From Enoplolaimus lenunculus (Eukaryota), in NCBI GenBank assembly GCA_030248215.1, contig JASANG010000440.1:1-64000 (forward strand): 64,000 nt of DNA, given 5' to 3'. The notes under the pieces were generated by a model. That model worked only from the letters and a program-made list of their open reading frames with translations, searched no databases and was not told the origin of the DNA. The number at the start of each line of letters is the position of its first letter. Position 1 is the first letter of the stretch. Below are positions 38,795-52,035 of this stretch, piece after piece. A program made the translations under genes and the position numbers.

Positions 38795-39835
38795 CCATAC
38801 AAAACTATAATGATACATTTTCAAAACTGTACCATTAGCCATTTTCCGTTTCCGTTATTTTGATCACTATCCGTTTCTGCTTCCGTTATTTATACTATCC
38901 GTTTACACCCTGGACTCAACATTTTGAGTTGTAATACTATATCATCTAAAGGCCGTATGCTTGAGCTTGAAGTTATTTGCAACAAATCTCTATATTGTTT
39001 GTTTACAAAATTTTTCCAAAAGCGATAAAATAAGTATCAAAACTAATATTGCAATTTTCGTTCAGACAAAAAGTTTAATTCTGACTGCAATTCCGATTTG
39101 AATCAAATTTTATTGCGAATGGAACCCTGACGGTCACTACGCGTATGCAGACTACAAAGTATCCAAAAACATGATAGCGCTTTCGATATCTTGCGTGCGA
39201 AGCTCCTATAGCTGAACAGTGATGATAAATGCTTTTCACCCATGAGACACTTATCGGAGCAGGTGAATCGAAGTTAGGGAGTTTAAACTATGTTCAATTT
39301 GTCTAATATGTCTTGCCAGAAATTTTGGTTTTAGGTTTGAGAGAAGTTACGACAATTTATTGCTAAAAATTGTACCAAAACTTAAAGTCAAACATAGCGA
39401 AGGATATCCAAAAATCTTGGTTTTAGAAAAATGAAACCGGAGCCGATGAGCAATTTTCTGCCGGAACCGGTGGCAGACCTTCATTTATACCCTGTAATGT
39501 TCGGTCGGTCTAACAGAAAAGTGATCTGTGCCGTAACCAGTACCTACAGATTAATACACTAGACACATCAAGTGCATACAGAAGGCAATTGGAGTAGGAA
39601 ACTGTGAAATTCTCACTTCAAATTTTAATGAACATATTAACGTAAATTAAATCCGAATCAGAATGCAAAATTATAATGCGGCGAGATTCCACTGTGAAAC
39701 AATATATCAGAATCAATTTATACATGAAGTTCAAATACTTTATGTCAGCAGGTATCTTTTCGATTCATATTATGTAACATTGAACTTCGCGATGCTCAAC
39801 TGAAAACGCAACCAAACTTGTTTCAAAATAACTTT

Positions 39836-42800
39836 TCAAGACGGATCACCATCAGTTGTAGGTGGCAAAGGTTCTTGCGTCGCTGAAATACATAACTGAA
39901 ACTACGTGCAGAATCTTATCTGTTGCTCTATGTAGTATCACGCAGTCCCAATATGACAATTCCTTCTGGCATTATCCGCTGACGTCACACCACATGAAGT
40001 GAAAAATAAAGGCTTTATAAAACCGTAAATACAGCCAAGCAGAAAGAGACACATACGTACCTTTATACGCCATATCCAAAGCACTAGAAATGGTTTGCAT
40101 ATCAGCTTCGATTGTTTTCGCCCAATTTTCAACATCACCAATTTCCTGAAATATAAACATTACTAAACTCATAGAATAGTGACAAGGATTGTTTTCGTAT
40201 TCAGCTGGTGTAAACTTTATCCAACCATATCCTCAGCGAGTCCGTTGTGGGTTAGCAGAATAAACAGAGCAACAATTGTACACGAATGACACACAGAATC
40301 AGGTGTAGGCCATTTCACTACACTGTATACCTGATAGTTTATTATGTTTGTGTTGCAATAAACTGCTTTGAAACGTAAACAATAAAACTAATTAAAATAA
40401 ATGACGAACTAATCAGTAGCCATAGATGATACAGTTATTCATATACCAGGGTGCAACCGGAATTACAATTTACCGGAACCGGAACCGGAATTTGACAATT
40501 TTACCGGAACCGGAACCGGAACCGGAATTTGAAAATTTTACCGGAACCGGAACCGGAAAGTGAAAAATGCATTTCACCAAAAATTTCGTTTTAATCTTAT
40601 TTTTTGCTCTATTATTTGTGAAATAACCTTAGTCGAACATAGATATTTATTTTATTTGTTGTATTTTAGATTTTCGTCGTCGACTGAAGTGAAATCCACC
40701 ATCAATGGCTTATATTCGGAATACAAGTGGCTTTCTAAAGAGATTCTTAAAGATTAGCAAAGTTAAAAAAACGGCCAAATTATAACACCGGAACTTTTAA
40801 ATCCGGTAAAAATTTACCGGAACCGGAACCGGAAGGTGAAAAAATGCCGGAACCGGAATTCCGGTTGCACCCTGTCATATACATATTCTGTTGCAACCAT
40901 TAGTTTTGCAATTAAAGTATAAAAAGTGACCCATGTCAACAATAGGGGCCTACCCATCTGGAAACAGGGGCCTTCATTGGAGTGTTAGATGCTGAATATA
41001 AGGCGGGGTTCGTCCAAAAATCCAGTATCTGAAATGGTGTTGGAGACGCTGCGCAAATGTATAGGTGTCTGGTCTGACGTCATGTGGAGCGCCCTGGCAC
41101 TTTGGGTATCGGTCCGGTATGCTTAAAATGATACAGTGTTGGTATGACATCAGATTTGAGCAGTGACCGGAGCGAAGCTGCAACAAATGACATGTTTGCT
41201 TGCACGTCCGCGTCTCTTCTGATTTGTACACTTGAAAATGCCGGGTGCCCAGGAGTGGGCTCGGAGAATGATAAATCAACCCTTTGCGAACGTACACCAT
41301 ATGCAGGTTTTCCTTCGTTGTACTGGCTTCTCCAAAGCTTGAAAATTTCCGCCGGAGGGCGATTTCTGCCCCCCCCCAGGAGTTTCCTGGGGACCCCCAA
41401 GAGTTTCCTCGAGGGCAGCTAATTTTGCTGGGGGCAGTTTTTCTGGGGGGGCAGATGATCTGGGGGGTCCTGGGGGGCAGGCTTAAAATTTTGCAAGCCG
41501 ACTTTCTGGACCATTTTTTTTTATTTTAGATCGTGTTTCCAACTCAACTAAAGATTACTCATCGCTCAACATGACAAAAATTCCCCGCAAACGCTAATAA
41601 CAATAATTTTAACTAATATTACTGGCAACTTTACCAGAAGTTGAAAGAAGCACAGTTATATAAAATATAAATAATCTATAATTGAAACTGTGATTAACAA
41701 ATATTTTATATATTAGTCACAGCTTCAGTTTATCATAAGGCTCAGGCGGGTTGAACTTGTTGCTGCAAGGTACTTTCGAATGCTGTATGCCCTGAAACGG
41801 TTTTTATATAATTGTGCTTTTTTCAGTTCATTATTGAATTGTACTAGTTACTACCGGTATTTGTAACGCTATTAAAAAAGTATGAGTACTCAGCGTAATA
41901 TAAAATCACATGTTGCCGAATGTCCGCCTCAAACAAAGTCCAGGTCTTTATGTTTTAACATTGAAATTTTTGGCTTAGAAAAGTCCTGGGGGTCCCAGCA
42001 AAAAAATTTGCTAGGAGGCATTTTGCTGGGGGGCGGCCGAAAATTCGCCAGAAGGAATTTCCGGGGGTGGCAAAATTTTCGCCGGGGGGAAATGAATATT
42101 TTGAAAAGTGCTGCCCCCCCCCCGCTGTGGAGAAGCCAGTTGTATGTAGTTGCAGCATCATGTTGTTGAATAGTGCCGGCGCAGGAGTTTTTCGGATACA
42201 TCTTCCTTCGGCGTCTAGAATCAGGGCGTTCCGAAACGTCCTAGTTTGGTTGATTGTCGTTATGGTAGGATGCTAGATATTGGTATGACAGGAGCTTGGC
42301 ATGGGTCTTCACTACAAGCATGCTGGCTTCATTGTGGAGAACCGAGAACGAGAGCTGACTACCGAGATCGGCCAGGCAGAGTACCGGTCTGGGTCAATTT
42401 TTGGTCATTACCCGAACAAATTAAAATTTTCAAAACATTATAATGCTTTTTTTCGCAATTTTTTGTGCTTGATATAGTTTTTTGTGTTCTTCATAGCTTT
42501 TGTGAGTTTTTCAAATTATCTGCTCGTAATCATTGCGTAACTACACCATTTCATGATTCCACAGAAAATTTTATTCATAAAGTACAGTCATACGCCTGCT
42601 GAATCCTCGACTAATAGTATCGGTTCCAAATCACCGAAACTCAAAAAAGCGAGACCGAGACATGCCAAATACCGATACTTGCCGAGACCGAGACACTCAT
42701 GCCACAATAGAAGTGCGTTGTTCTGCGTGACTGCAGCTTTTGTATGTTGGTGCTGTTGATATTTGGTGACCAAATTGGGCAGACGTAGTTGAGGACGGAC

Positions 42801-43797
42801 CTGCTAACGGCTTTGCATGTTGTGAGCATGATTTCTTTCTATTGGGACCAAAACGAGCTTGCAAGAGCCTGCAGGATGTTATTGCGTTGATTAACCTTCT
42901 TTCTAGACTTATGTTTAGGCTTAGAGTTAAGTATAGTTCGCAGAGAGGGACCATAGAGGTTTGTTACTTCGGTGTAACCGAAGCCCCTAGTTGAAGCTCA
43001 CCCCGCACCGTTGGAGCCTAGGTAATGCCCAGGCACCTAATAGTTAACATTGAATAAACTAATTTAAAGCTAACCTTTATCGCTGTATTAAAATTGTCAA
43101 TCAACTGCAACCATTGTCCAGTCTGTTTCGCCAATTGCCCAGCGTTATGTTGCAGCTTTTTCGCTTCAGCGTCCAACCGTTTCTGATTGCTGTACGCAAG
43201 CGATACTCTGTATAAAATTTAATACGAAACTGTCAAAATCATGCGAGTTCGTATTTGCTCATGTTTAATAACTTCATGCACTATAGAAGAATCTGGAAAT
43301 CCGGCAATGAATACACGATCCGGTTGAGTAGAATGAAAGAAAACACTTTCCTGCGCTGAACTATGATGCTCACAAACACAGTTTATATGTGCGTATTGAC
43401 GTAAAATTGTTTACAAAATTACCTAACATTTAGTTGATCAACAAGTGTATGAGTGAGGGCATTCGCTGCAGCAATTACTTCTGACTTGCGCTTATCTGAT
43501 TAAATAATACAAAATAAATATATGTCATACGAGTTTAATGTCTCCGCAATTGGTGCATGTAAATTTTTACGGTTATAAATAACTATACCTATTTCTTTTT
43601 AATAAGAATGACGGAACACAAATTTCGAAAAGATATATACCACAAACTAAACAAATTTAACAATAAACCAGTATATACCGTTACGAATAATAAAACAAAT
43701 TAAAAAAATTATGTAAAATGCTACACAACTAACAACCTTGCAATTCTTTTCGCAGCTGCTGTTTTGCCTGGTGTTCTTTGAGTAAAGTAGTAAGCAT
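39836..43797 (-). CDS. BLOC1S1: Biogenesis of lysosome-related organelles complex 1 subunit 1 (BLOS1/GCN5L1), 132 aa, 5 exons
   Basis: Exons 43797-43737, 43495-43423, 43207-43075, 40145-40061, 39882-39836 (399 nt). MLTTLLKEHQAKQQLRKELQDKRK...LVDQLNVRVSLAYSNQKRLD...AKQTGQW...KEIGDVENWAKTIEADMQTISSAL closely matches BLOC1S1. AATAAA on the minus strand at 39361-39356. Confidence 0.95.
40447..40874. mobile_element. hAT-like MITE with (GGAACC)n subterminal repeats
   Basis: TIR cagggtgcaaccggaatt / aattccggttgcaccctg; perfect 8-bp TSD tcatatac. Confidence 0.9.
40944..42900 (-). mobile_element. Degenerate LINE 3' remnant in BLOC1S1 intron 3, split by later DNA-transposon insertions
   Basis: Minus-strand peptides LTTCKAVSRSVLNYVCPIWSPNINSTNIQKLQ (post-RT region, ~42730-42829) and LLQLRSGHCSNLMSYQH...KCQGAPHDV (~41075-41190). 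Confidence 0.75.
41323..42139 (-). mobile_element. ~815-bp TIR element with a 5-bp TSD (copy 2)
   Basis: TIR ctggcttctccaaagc / gctgtggagaagccag; TSD ttgta; the core is a near-identical reverse complement of 32579-33370. Confidence 0.88.
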
Positions 43798-44070
43798 AGT
43801 ACGTATATAATACGTAATAATAATAATACAGAAGACACTACGGTTAGAATTAAGTCTATGCCTAAGTTACAGTTATAGGTCCGGCGACAAGGCTGCACCT
43901 GATGCCAATGTTTTATTTATTAGTTTGTTGTCTATTGCCTTTGTATATGTTGTCTACATCGGATTAAAACACTAATGTATATGTAGTGTCAGAACTGCAC
44001 AGTCGGGACGACCCCTTTCCTCGAAGTACTGTGAATATACATCACTTTCCTCTTAATTTTCCGAAAGATA

Positions 44071-44140
44071 TGACCAGGCCGGGAATCGAACCTAGGACCT
44101 CTCGCTCGCGCAAGCGCGCTACCCATTACACCACGCGGCC
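44071..44140 (-). pseudogene. tRNA-like sequence (tRNA pseudogene or SINE head)
   Basis: GGCCGCGTGGTGTAATGGGTAGCGCGCTTGCGCGAGCGAGAGGTCCTAGGTTCGATTCCCGGCCTGGTCA. A and B boxes are intact, but the anticodon loop is only ~4 nt and the stems are imperfect. Confidence 0.7.
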
Positions 44141-44232
44141 GATATCCTACTTTTTTCTGGTGGTATATGTGCACGAGTATGTATGTCTTAACATTACACA
44201 CTGCGCATACACAAGCCGCGTATACTCACATA

Positions 44233-44500
44233 TAGTGCCTTCATATGCAACAGCAGTAAAACATGGAACAACCAAGATACTTCAGTGTAATGTTGAGGTT
44301 CTTATAAGGCATGAAAACTTGAATACTAGCGCGTTGGACTGAGAATCTGCCGACCATTAGTCATGGGATCGAAACCTCGTAAAAACACCCTCATTTTCAG
44401 CTCCTGAGTTATCAATTTTTATGCCTTACAAAAACCTCAACATTACTCTATTGTATATTGGTTCTTCCATGTCTTACTGCTGCTGCATAGGAAGGCACTA
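44233..44500. mobile_element. Inverted-repeat element (~90-bp arms) enclosing a tRNA-like fragment
   Basis: tagtgccttcatatgcaacagcagtaa...atgttgaggtt pairs with aacctcaacat...ttactgctgctgcataggaaggcacta; both flanks read cata. Confidence 0.7.
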
Positions 44501-46104
44501 CATATGCATCAGTGTACTAACCAATGTGCAGCATCAGCATGAGGTTTCATTTTGCGCCCATGTATTCGCATGTCACAAGCGTTACGGCAGTTAACACGTA
44601 ATAAATTTAACATTTGTCGCGTGTTAATTTTATCTTATTACCTATTTTGTGGCAGGAATAAATTGTGTGTCATAAACAACGCATAACCCGTACGATTCCG
44701 AGTAATTTACCACCATCGCCTAGACAACGTCTTGGAATCATCAAGGGATAAGTTTCTGTACTAGCTAAGAATTTATCATTTATCTCAGAATCCAAAAATG
44801 AAAAAGTGGAAAATATGTCTCAAACGCATCTAACATTTTTTCATCTAATCGAAACTAAAACAAAAAAGTTTTCTCAACGTGTTGTAACAAGCACTGCCAC
44901 AAAAATACACGATTTGTCGTTAGGTAACAGAGATTGAAATAATTAGCATTTACTGTTACGCTTGATTCGCCGCTCAGCGCCGTGTGCTACAACGGGCGCA
45001 TTGAAATAAGTCTGTTATATAATATGTGTAAACCGATACGTGATAAATTTCTGTGTTCCAGCAGCAGGTGCCACGACCCATGCGTATCATGATACTTTTA
45101 ATTACAAAAATTACTTAGCAAGCAGAAAGACAACAGAAGACAAAATTTTAGAAGAAAGCTAATTTTTACATGTTGAGCATAATTGATTGTTTTGGGGATA
45201 TTTACAGTTCAAATTACATCACGTCTGCATAATGCTAATTGTTTTGGGGTATATTTACTGTCGAATTACTTCACGTTAACAAATTGTCAACATCTTTCAA
45301 GCACCTGAAGTCTAAGATTAAATTTGAAACTCCAGTTTTGTCAAGATGTGTTTTGTAAACGTGAGACATGATTGTCTGTCTACGTATGCAATATAGAGCA
45401 ATGCAATATATTGATACATTGCGGTAACATACACGTCTACAAATATAGTCGATGATAAAAGCAATTCCGATTCAAAACTAGTTCCATTTCCGATTCCGAT
45501 TGCACAATTAATCCTAATCGGAATTTTATAATTTTAATCTTAACCCTACTTGTTGTGATACGTTGCATACAATATTAGTATTATTTGTCTATTAAGGTCT
45601 TTTGATGATTAATATTTGTCAATACAACTTTTACGTACAGTCACGAAATTTCTAGTTTCGCTTCCGGTTACAATTCCGGTATAAATTTGCTTTTCTCCGG
45701 TATAATCCAATTTCGCTTTGCACTCTGAAAAGCAGTTAGAGGCGGGCTGCGGGACAGAGTGGTTGAGCGTTCGTTTAAAGATCCGGAGGCTGTTCGATCT
45801 CCGCTCCGTATGTCATAAGTTGGGTTGGTTTACGTCAGTGTATATTTCTGAGTGCTTGCACCTGAAAAGGAGAGGCGTTCTTACGAACTTTTGATTCCAT
45901 GACCCATGAAATAAAATCTGCCTTGTATAATAGCTGTATTAGTATCTGGATGATTACCCAATGGTAATAGGATATAACTACTGTACTGACAAAAACGACA
46001 TACAAAAATAAATTTTGCATTTCAGCATTTAATTTAAGTGGTTCGTTGTGTTCGAACATGAATGTTTAATTTGAGTTCAATTGCTACTCGATGTACGAAT
46101 CAAG

Positions 46105-46384
46105 ATGTCAACAGCTGAATTATGTTTGCAAAATACAGCGGACAGAGAGACTCCAGACACTCCTATTGCAGAAAACATGGCAACAAGTCAGCTGATCGAG
46201 AGTCTATCGCATTTACAAGTTTATAAGACCAATTCGCCTGTAACGAATGTGATTATTCCGGCCACACACGATTCAATGTTTGTTCAATTAAATAATCTGA
46301 AGTTGGACAGCCAGAAAAATAATAATTATGAACTGGCGCTTCCGATATGCACATGTTTAATGAAGCCAAGAATTCGAGGACAAG
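46105..46384 (+). CDS. Candidate first coding exon, possibly of the GPATCH2-like gene
   Basis: 93 open codons from ATG (MSTAELCLQ...KPRIRGQ) ending at a good donor CAAG|GTAGGT. Phase 1 is compatible with the exon at 53788. No homology recognised. Confidence 0.45.
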
Positions 46385-49300
46385 GTAGGTTTTGAGCTGA
46401 GTTATTTGATGTTTGCCAAATAATGTATTTTTATTGCCCTCGAGACTAGGTGTATACATAAATACGTACTTATGTATAAATGTGGAACCGGAATTTCAAT
46501 GGAGGTAAAAATGCGAGTAAATATTAGAATAAGTTTTACCATTGATCGCAGTGCATTAGTTTAAATTGTATCGTCTACTTTGTGAAGAAGTACCTATACG
46601 TATATACTGTTGAGCGAAAAGAAATTCCGAGCGAAGTGCGGAGTTGCTTGAAGCGTTCTATATTTTGTATTCGGGGGACGAATGGTGGATGGATGTCTGT
46701 CCGACGAGAATCTCAGGTAATTGTGGAATCGATTTTGATGCAAACTTTCGTTTCTTTGAAAACTTATTATCCTGAGGTCGATGTATTAACCTCGCATTGG
46801 AGTTTCGAACGTCTAAGAATTTGTTAGCTACAGGTTTAAATTTGAACAATATTGTTTAAGCGTAAATTCGGACTTTGCATTATTTTCTAGAAACCGGACT
46901 TTAAAGCGAGATAAATGAATAACTAGCAACAAAAAATTAGCATGTTAGCTTAATTGGTTAGGCCTAAATTAAGACTTTCTAAAGTATGTACGTATTTCAC
47001 TTATTGTTAGAGTGATAATGGCTAGGTAGATACGTAGTAACTAGTTAGCGTGTTAGCTATGCCAACTATTGCAGTTGAGTTGAGAAATATATTTTTTTCA
47101 TAAGAGTTTGTTGCGTTATTGGCTTTAGGGATTTCGACTATCAGAAATTTATATACAGCGTTTAGAAATTGGAGCGCTTTCAAATACGTTAGCTACTCGA
47201 TAATTAATATGTTACGTACATAGGCATGTAAGTATGTTACGTACGTAGGCATGTAAGCTGTGACAGTAAAGCTTATCTTATACCTGCGGGTTTACTAAAT
47301 ACCTACACAATTGAGTATTGTGGGCATAGGATTTTTTGAGCACGTGGAATGTAAATCTTATTGTGATTTTTAATTTTCACTTTTGCAAATTTGTTAGCTT
47401 CTCTATGATTAGACTTTCTAAGCTCGTTGAGCCAAACGATGCGTTTGTGCTGTACAAGCTGAGAATGTTTAACGAATCTTAACAGTACTTAAGTATATAT
47501 GTCCGAGCTTCCCTCAATACTCCCAATTTCACTACAACTGGTCAACGTTAGATACATAGTAAGACATCATTTTGCTGTAGAACAAAAGTTTTCAAAGGAC
47601 TGTGCCATTGATCTTACTGACTCGTGATGTATGCTGTCCAGTTTATGCCTTTACGGAAATACATACGGCCATATAGAAATGTAGGTATTGTATAGTATCA
47701 TCAGCGTTGTTCCGGGGTCAGCAGTTTACTCTGGACCTGGGCCAGGGTGCAGCAAGGATTATTTTAATTCGTTTCTATGGGTATAACTGGCGTAGGTATT
47801 TCAAACTGAGAGCCAAGGTAAATCCTCAAGTGTACGGCGAGGCTGACTTGACTTGTTTGCATTTACTGAGTACTAAAAATTGTGCTCTTTGGAAGCGGTT
47901 TCAACTCAAGAAATTTCCAGTAAACCTTTTTTGCCTGCGAAGGTTCTTGCAGCTGCAACTCACAGTTGCGAGTTTTTTTCAAAAATTAATTCAAAGATTT
48001 TGCAGCTACAAATTATTCATCATCATTCGCTGAAATGACAATTTGTAGCTTCAGAATTATTGATGTCGGGTCGGAAATAGTCGAAATTCAAGATGAAAGT
48101 GATATTTTCGTGCAATTACTTGCAGCTGCCAGTAACTCATGGAAGTTGCAGCTGCGAGTTCTCGCTGTAAAAACTGACACGTGTGAATCGAGCTTAAATG
48201 TAACGCAGAGCCGTGTTAAAGTCGTGCAATATGTATGCATGTACATAATGCATTTTAGGTAAATTTGTCAAACTTCAAAATATATAAATACAATAATTGC
48301 TTGTTGTATTAGACACACTTGTATCCTGTAAGAACTTTTGGGTTTAACTTATCAGACCATGTGAGCAGCACCGTATTCTTAAAAACCACTTCCGCCGGAA
48401 TTTTTTTTCAGCTTCAAAATTCTGGTTCTGGTTGGTTTTATGGGAAATTTAACTAAAAATTTAAGTATAATTTTTTGATTTGAAATGTTCTCAATTCGAA
48501 ACAGTCATCTGCAATACTTTATTACGCAGTTTTTTAAAAAAATGCAAATCACTTTGTAATTTATGCATTTTCACTCAGGCGAATGGATGATAGAACTGCG
48601 CCGCTATGGCCGAAAATGTGGCTTTCCGGGCTGATACCAACTATGCTGATGAATAATCTGCAAGAATGTATTTTGTTTTGTGAAAATTAAAATATTCGTA
48701 AAACTTATTTTTTACCGGAACCGTGCACTACACTTACGTACTTCTTTATAATTGCTAATAGAACACCATTACGGAAGATTTTGCGTCTGCCGAAAGCAGG
48801 AACTTGAAATATCATTGCTAGTAAGCGTATTCGTTGCTTGCAAACGAACTTTACGCTAAGGCGTATTTGTTCGCTTTCCGGCTCTGGTTTTGGTATTTTC
48901 CGCTTTCCGCCTAGCTGATATACGTATAGTGGCGCTAAAACTGTTATACAACCCAAAAATTAGATACGTAGGATTCGAAGCGGAGCCCTCATACAAACGG
49001 CTACGGGCCCGGATTTTTTGTACAATCTTTAGATGATTTGGCACTCATATCGTAGTATGGCAGTAGGGTGGCAACAAAGGTTCGAATTCGATTTCAGATT
49101 CGTCAAAAATTGAACGTCGTAATGTGAGAGTCAGTTGCAAATAAAGATTTCATAAAGTCTTGGCTCAGAGTTTAATTTGGCAAAATCACTGTGGATTCGG
49201 ATTCGGACTGCGCGTCAATTGGTGCGTTCAGTGCCACTCGAGTAAAAATGTTTGGTGTGTAAATGTATTACGTACGGTGATCCTTTGTGGATATCAATTG

Positions 49301-50734
49301 CTAAAGTTAATCAAAGGAACAGTACGTAAACGCTGATTTCTTCGGTACAAAATCGTTTCTTTGACGGTTTTTTACCAGTAAACCACGGATGCCGAAGATG
49401 CAATCAGCGATGTTTGACATCTGGTTTTGTTGTTTTTATTGTTTGTATTTTTGTTTACCCATCATTGTACAGGTAGTAAGAGAATCGATAATAACGCAAT
49501 TGTAACAAGCAACTTTTGATGCCTATCAAACGGGGTGTTTTTATTGGCTGTTTTCGCGTTTGAAACATGCCGGTTTGTACCTGACGAACCAGGCAAATTA
49601 ACGTCCATAAATGCTTGTATTTAAATGACAACAAAATTTAAACAAACTTTTTTTGGAGCAGGTCATATGGTTTGGCTCTCGTTGTGTTTTTGTTTTACTT
49701 TTGCTAAGTTATATTTTTTGTATTTATTTGGTTGTTTTTGGTTACCCATCCCCCCGGCAGGCGTTTGCCGAAAAATGGCTTTTCGCATCATTCCACGCCG
49801 AAATTTGAATTTTTCAACTTGACCATAACTCGTTAATCAAGCGCATGCCTGTGGAAAATTTTACATCATTTACGTAACTCAGACTCTGCAAACGGTGTCG
49901 AATGATATTTAATTTGTGTGACTTTTTGACAAAAGAATTTTTTAATCAAATCAAATTGTTCAAAAATTCAAATTTCAGTGTGGAATGATCAGGGGAGGTT
50001 ATGAGAAGCTCAAATATGCAAAAAAAATCAAAATCCAACAATTTTTGCGCAATCGCCGGCTCTGGAAGGATAACCGAAAAGATCTGTATATTTTACGGGG
50101 GGTGTGTACTTTGTTTGATCAGTTTTAATGTTGAAAACTAGAAATGCTTTAACGACGAATATCATATTTTAACGGAACAGGAACAAAGAAAATTGGTAAA
50201 ATTAGTTTTTTTAAATTTAAACGGTTTGACTGAACGTAAAAATTCGTTTTGTTCAACTTAATCTAAGGTAATAACAGTAGAAAACTAATTATCACGGGCA
50301 TCAAGGTCGAATAGCAGCGCACTCTGGCACAAATATTTATATGTTATTTTTCGTAAATTTCATATTAAACGTTGATTGTGACAGGTCTTGTGACTTCTGA
50401 CGGTGCCTATCTGTTGGGACGTGAAAGATTTAAATTTTAGTAAAAGGCTTTGTACTGTTGTTTGGCTGGCTCTTCAAATGCACAGGTTTGCAGTTGGCAT
50501 TCAATCACGTGGTTCAGGATCCTGCTGTTTTTTGATGCTACGGAATTGTAATTTTGTGTTGTCTGTTTTTGATTTAATTTCTGTTTTGTGTTTATTATCG
50601 TTTGTAACTGCGGTTAAAATTGATTTTTAATTTTTCAAATCAAATTTGAATTCCGCGCATGAGCATTTAACGTTGTTCAAGTATATAATCGCAGTGGGAA
50701 TTGTAGGTTTGGTGAATATAAGGATGGCTGTTGT

Positions 50735-51127
50735 CAGGGATCGACCGGATATCCGGTTCCCGGCTAATACCGACAAAACCCGACATCCGTACCCGGTTCC
50801 GCTATTCGGTATAAACGTAGCGGATACCGGATATTTGTGGTTGTGGTACCAGATATCATAAAGCTGTTTTTTGCACGTCAAAATACCAGATATTTTGAAG
50901 CGACTGCAATTCCGAGCAAATCATGAATGGACACTGACATGGATTGAAAAATCCAAGCCAAAAATTAATCTTTAATCCATAATTACATATTTTTGCACAA
51001 CTCAAATACTTCCAACAGTGTACAACTTTAGATCCTCTATATCCGGTTAACATCCGGCTCCGCTACAAAATTCGCTATCTGTCTCCGGTTCCAGTATCCG
51101 GTAAAATTAATATCCGGTTGATCCCTG
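50735..51127 (-). mobile_element. hAT-like MITE (TIR CAGGGATCGACCGGAT)
   Basis: Perfect 8-bp TSD gctgttgt; the interior is a reverse-complement match to 36084-36441. Confidence 0.88.
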
Positions 51128-52035
51128 GCTGTTGTGTAGATTTCAGCCAATGATGGCTTATTATTTGTGATTACAGCAAAGGCACCGCAGCAGTTACTAA
51201 CGTCTTCACATATTTCTTTTAATTTCGAAAGCCCTGTGAAACAAATTATTTCGCTTGATTTGTTTAATTTTGGCGAACATTTACAGGCGAATGTAAGGTT
51301 ATTCGCTCGAAATGAAATTTTAACTACGTCCATAGCTCATATTCTCAAATGTGTATTTGCAACTATCATCAATTAGCAGTAGATTTTAAAACTCACTAAC
51401 TATTGCGTTTGTTGAACTCAAAATTGGTACTGCAGTAGATGAATTTTAAGCCTTAGCATTGGCTGTTTCCAAAATTACAATCCAACTGGTAACAGGTGCT
51501 CCACACATTTAACAATACGTGCGTGCCCTTGTGTTAACGTTTATGTATAAATTAAGGATGTGCCGATAAGGATGTGTATTATTATTATTGTCTTGAAAAT
51601 ATACCGATCCCGTCACCGATCGAAGCCAACAAGTGAAATTGATAGCATTCCAACTGACTGTTATGTGACAAAAAAGTATCGGCAAAGAGTTAGCAATTTT
51701 GTTTTGCAGTGCCGATGTCGATACTCACAAAAAGTGCCGATGATTACCGATGCTGATTGATCGGCACATTCTTAGTAGATGGAGTGTATTTGAAAAGCTT
51801 CAGCCAGTTATGATTAGCATTATTATTATGATTATAAATGCAATGAAAGTATTACAATACGTACGTTAATAATGCATAATGTTAATGGATTGGTTCATAT
51901 TGGGTGCACAGTCGATCAATATATGTATAATTACATTGTTCATCGGATACTTTATGGCTGAACTTGCAATTGCATTATTCGCATATGTGTTTCGTGAAGG
52001 TTGTGTTTTTTGGCCCAGCTTAACAAGTCTTAGCG

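Noticed and set aside
44071..44140. Functional tRNA gene
   Set aside because: The anticodon loop is ~4 nt and the stems are mismatched; treated as a pseudogene/SINE head.
45742..45810. Another tRNA-like segment (cagagtggttgagcg...gttcgatctcc)
   Set aside because: Too degenerate to fold, and no second copy was seen in the window.
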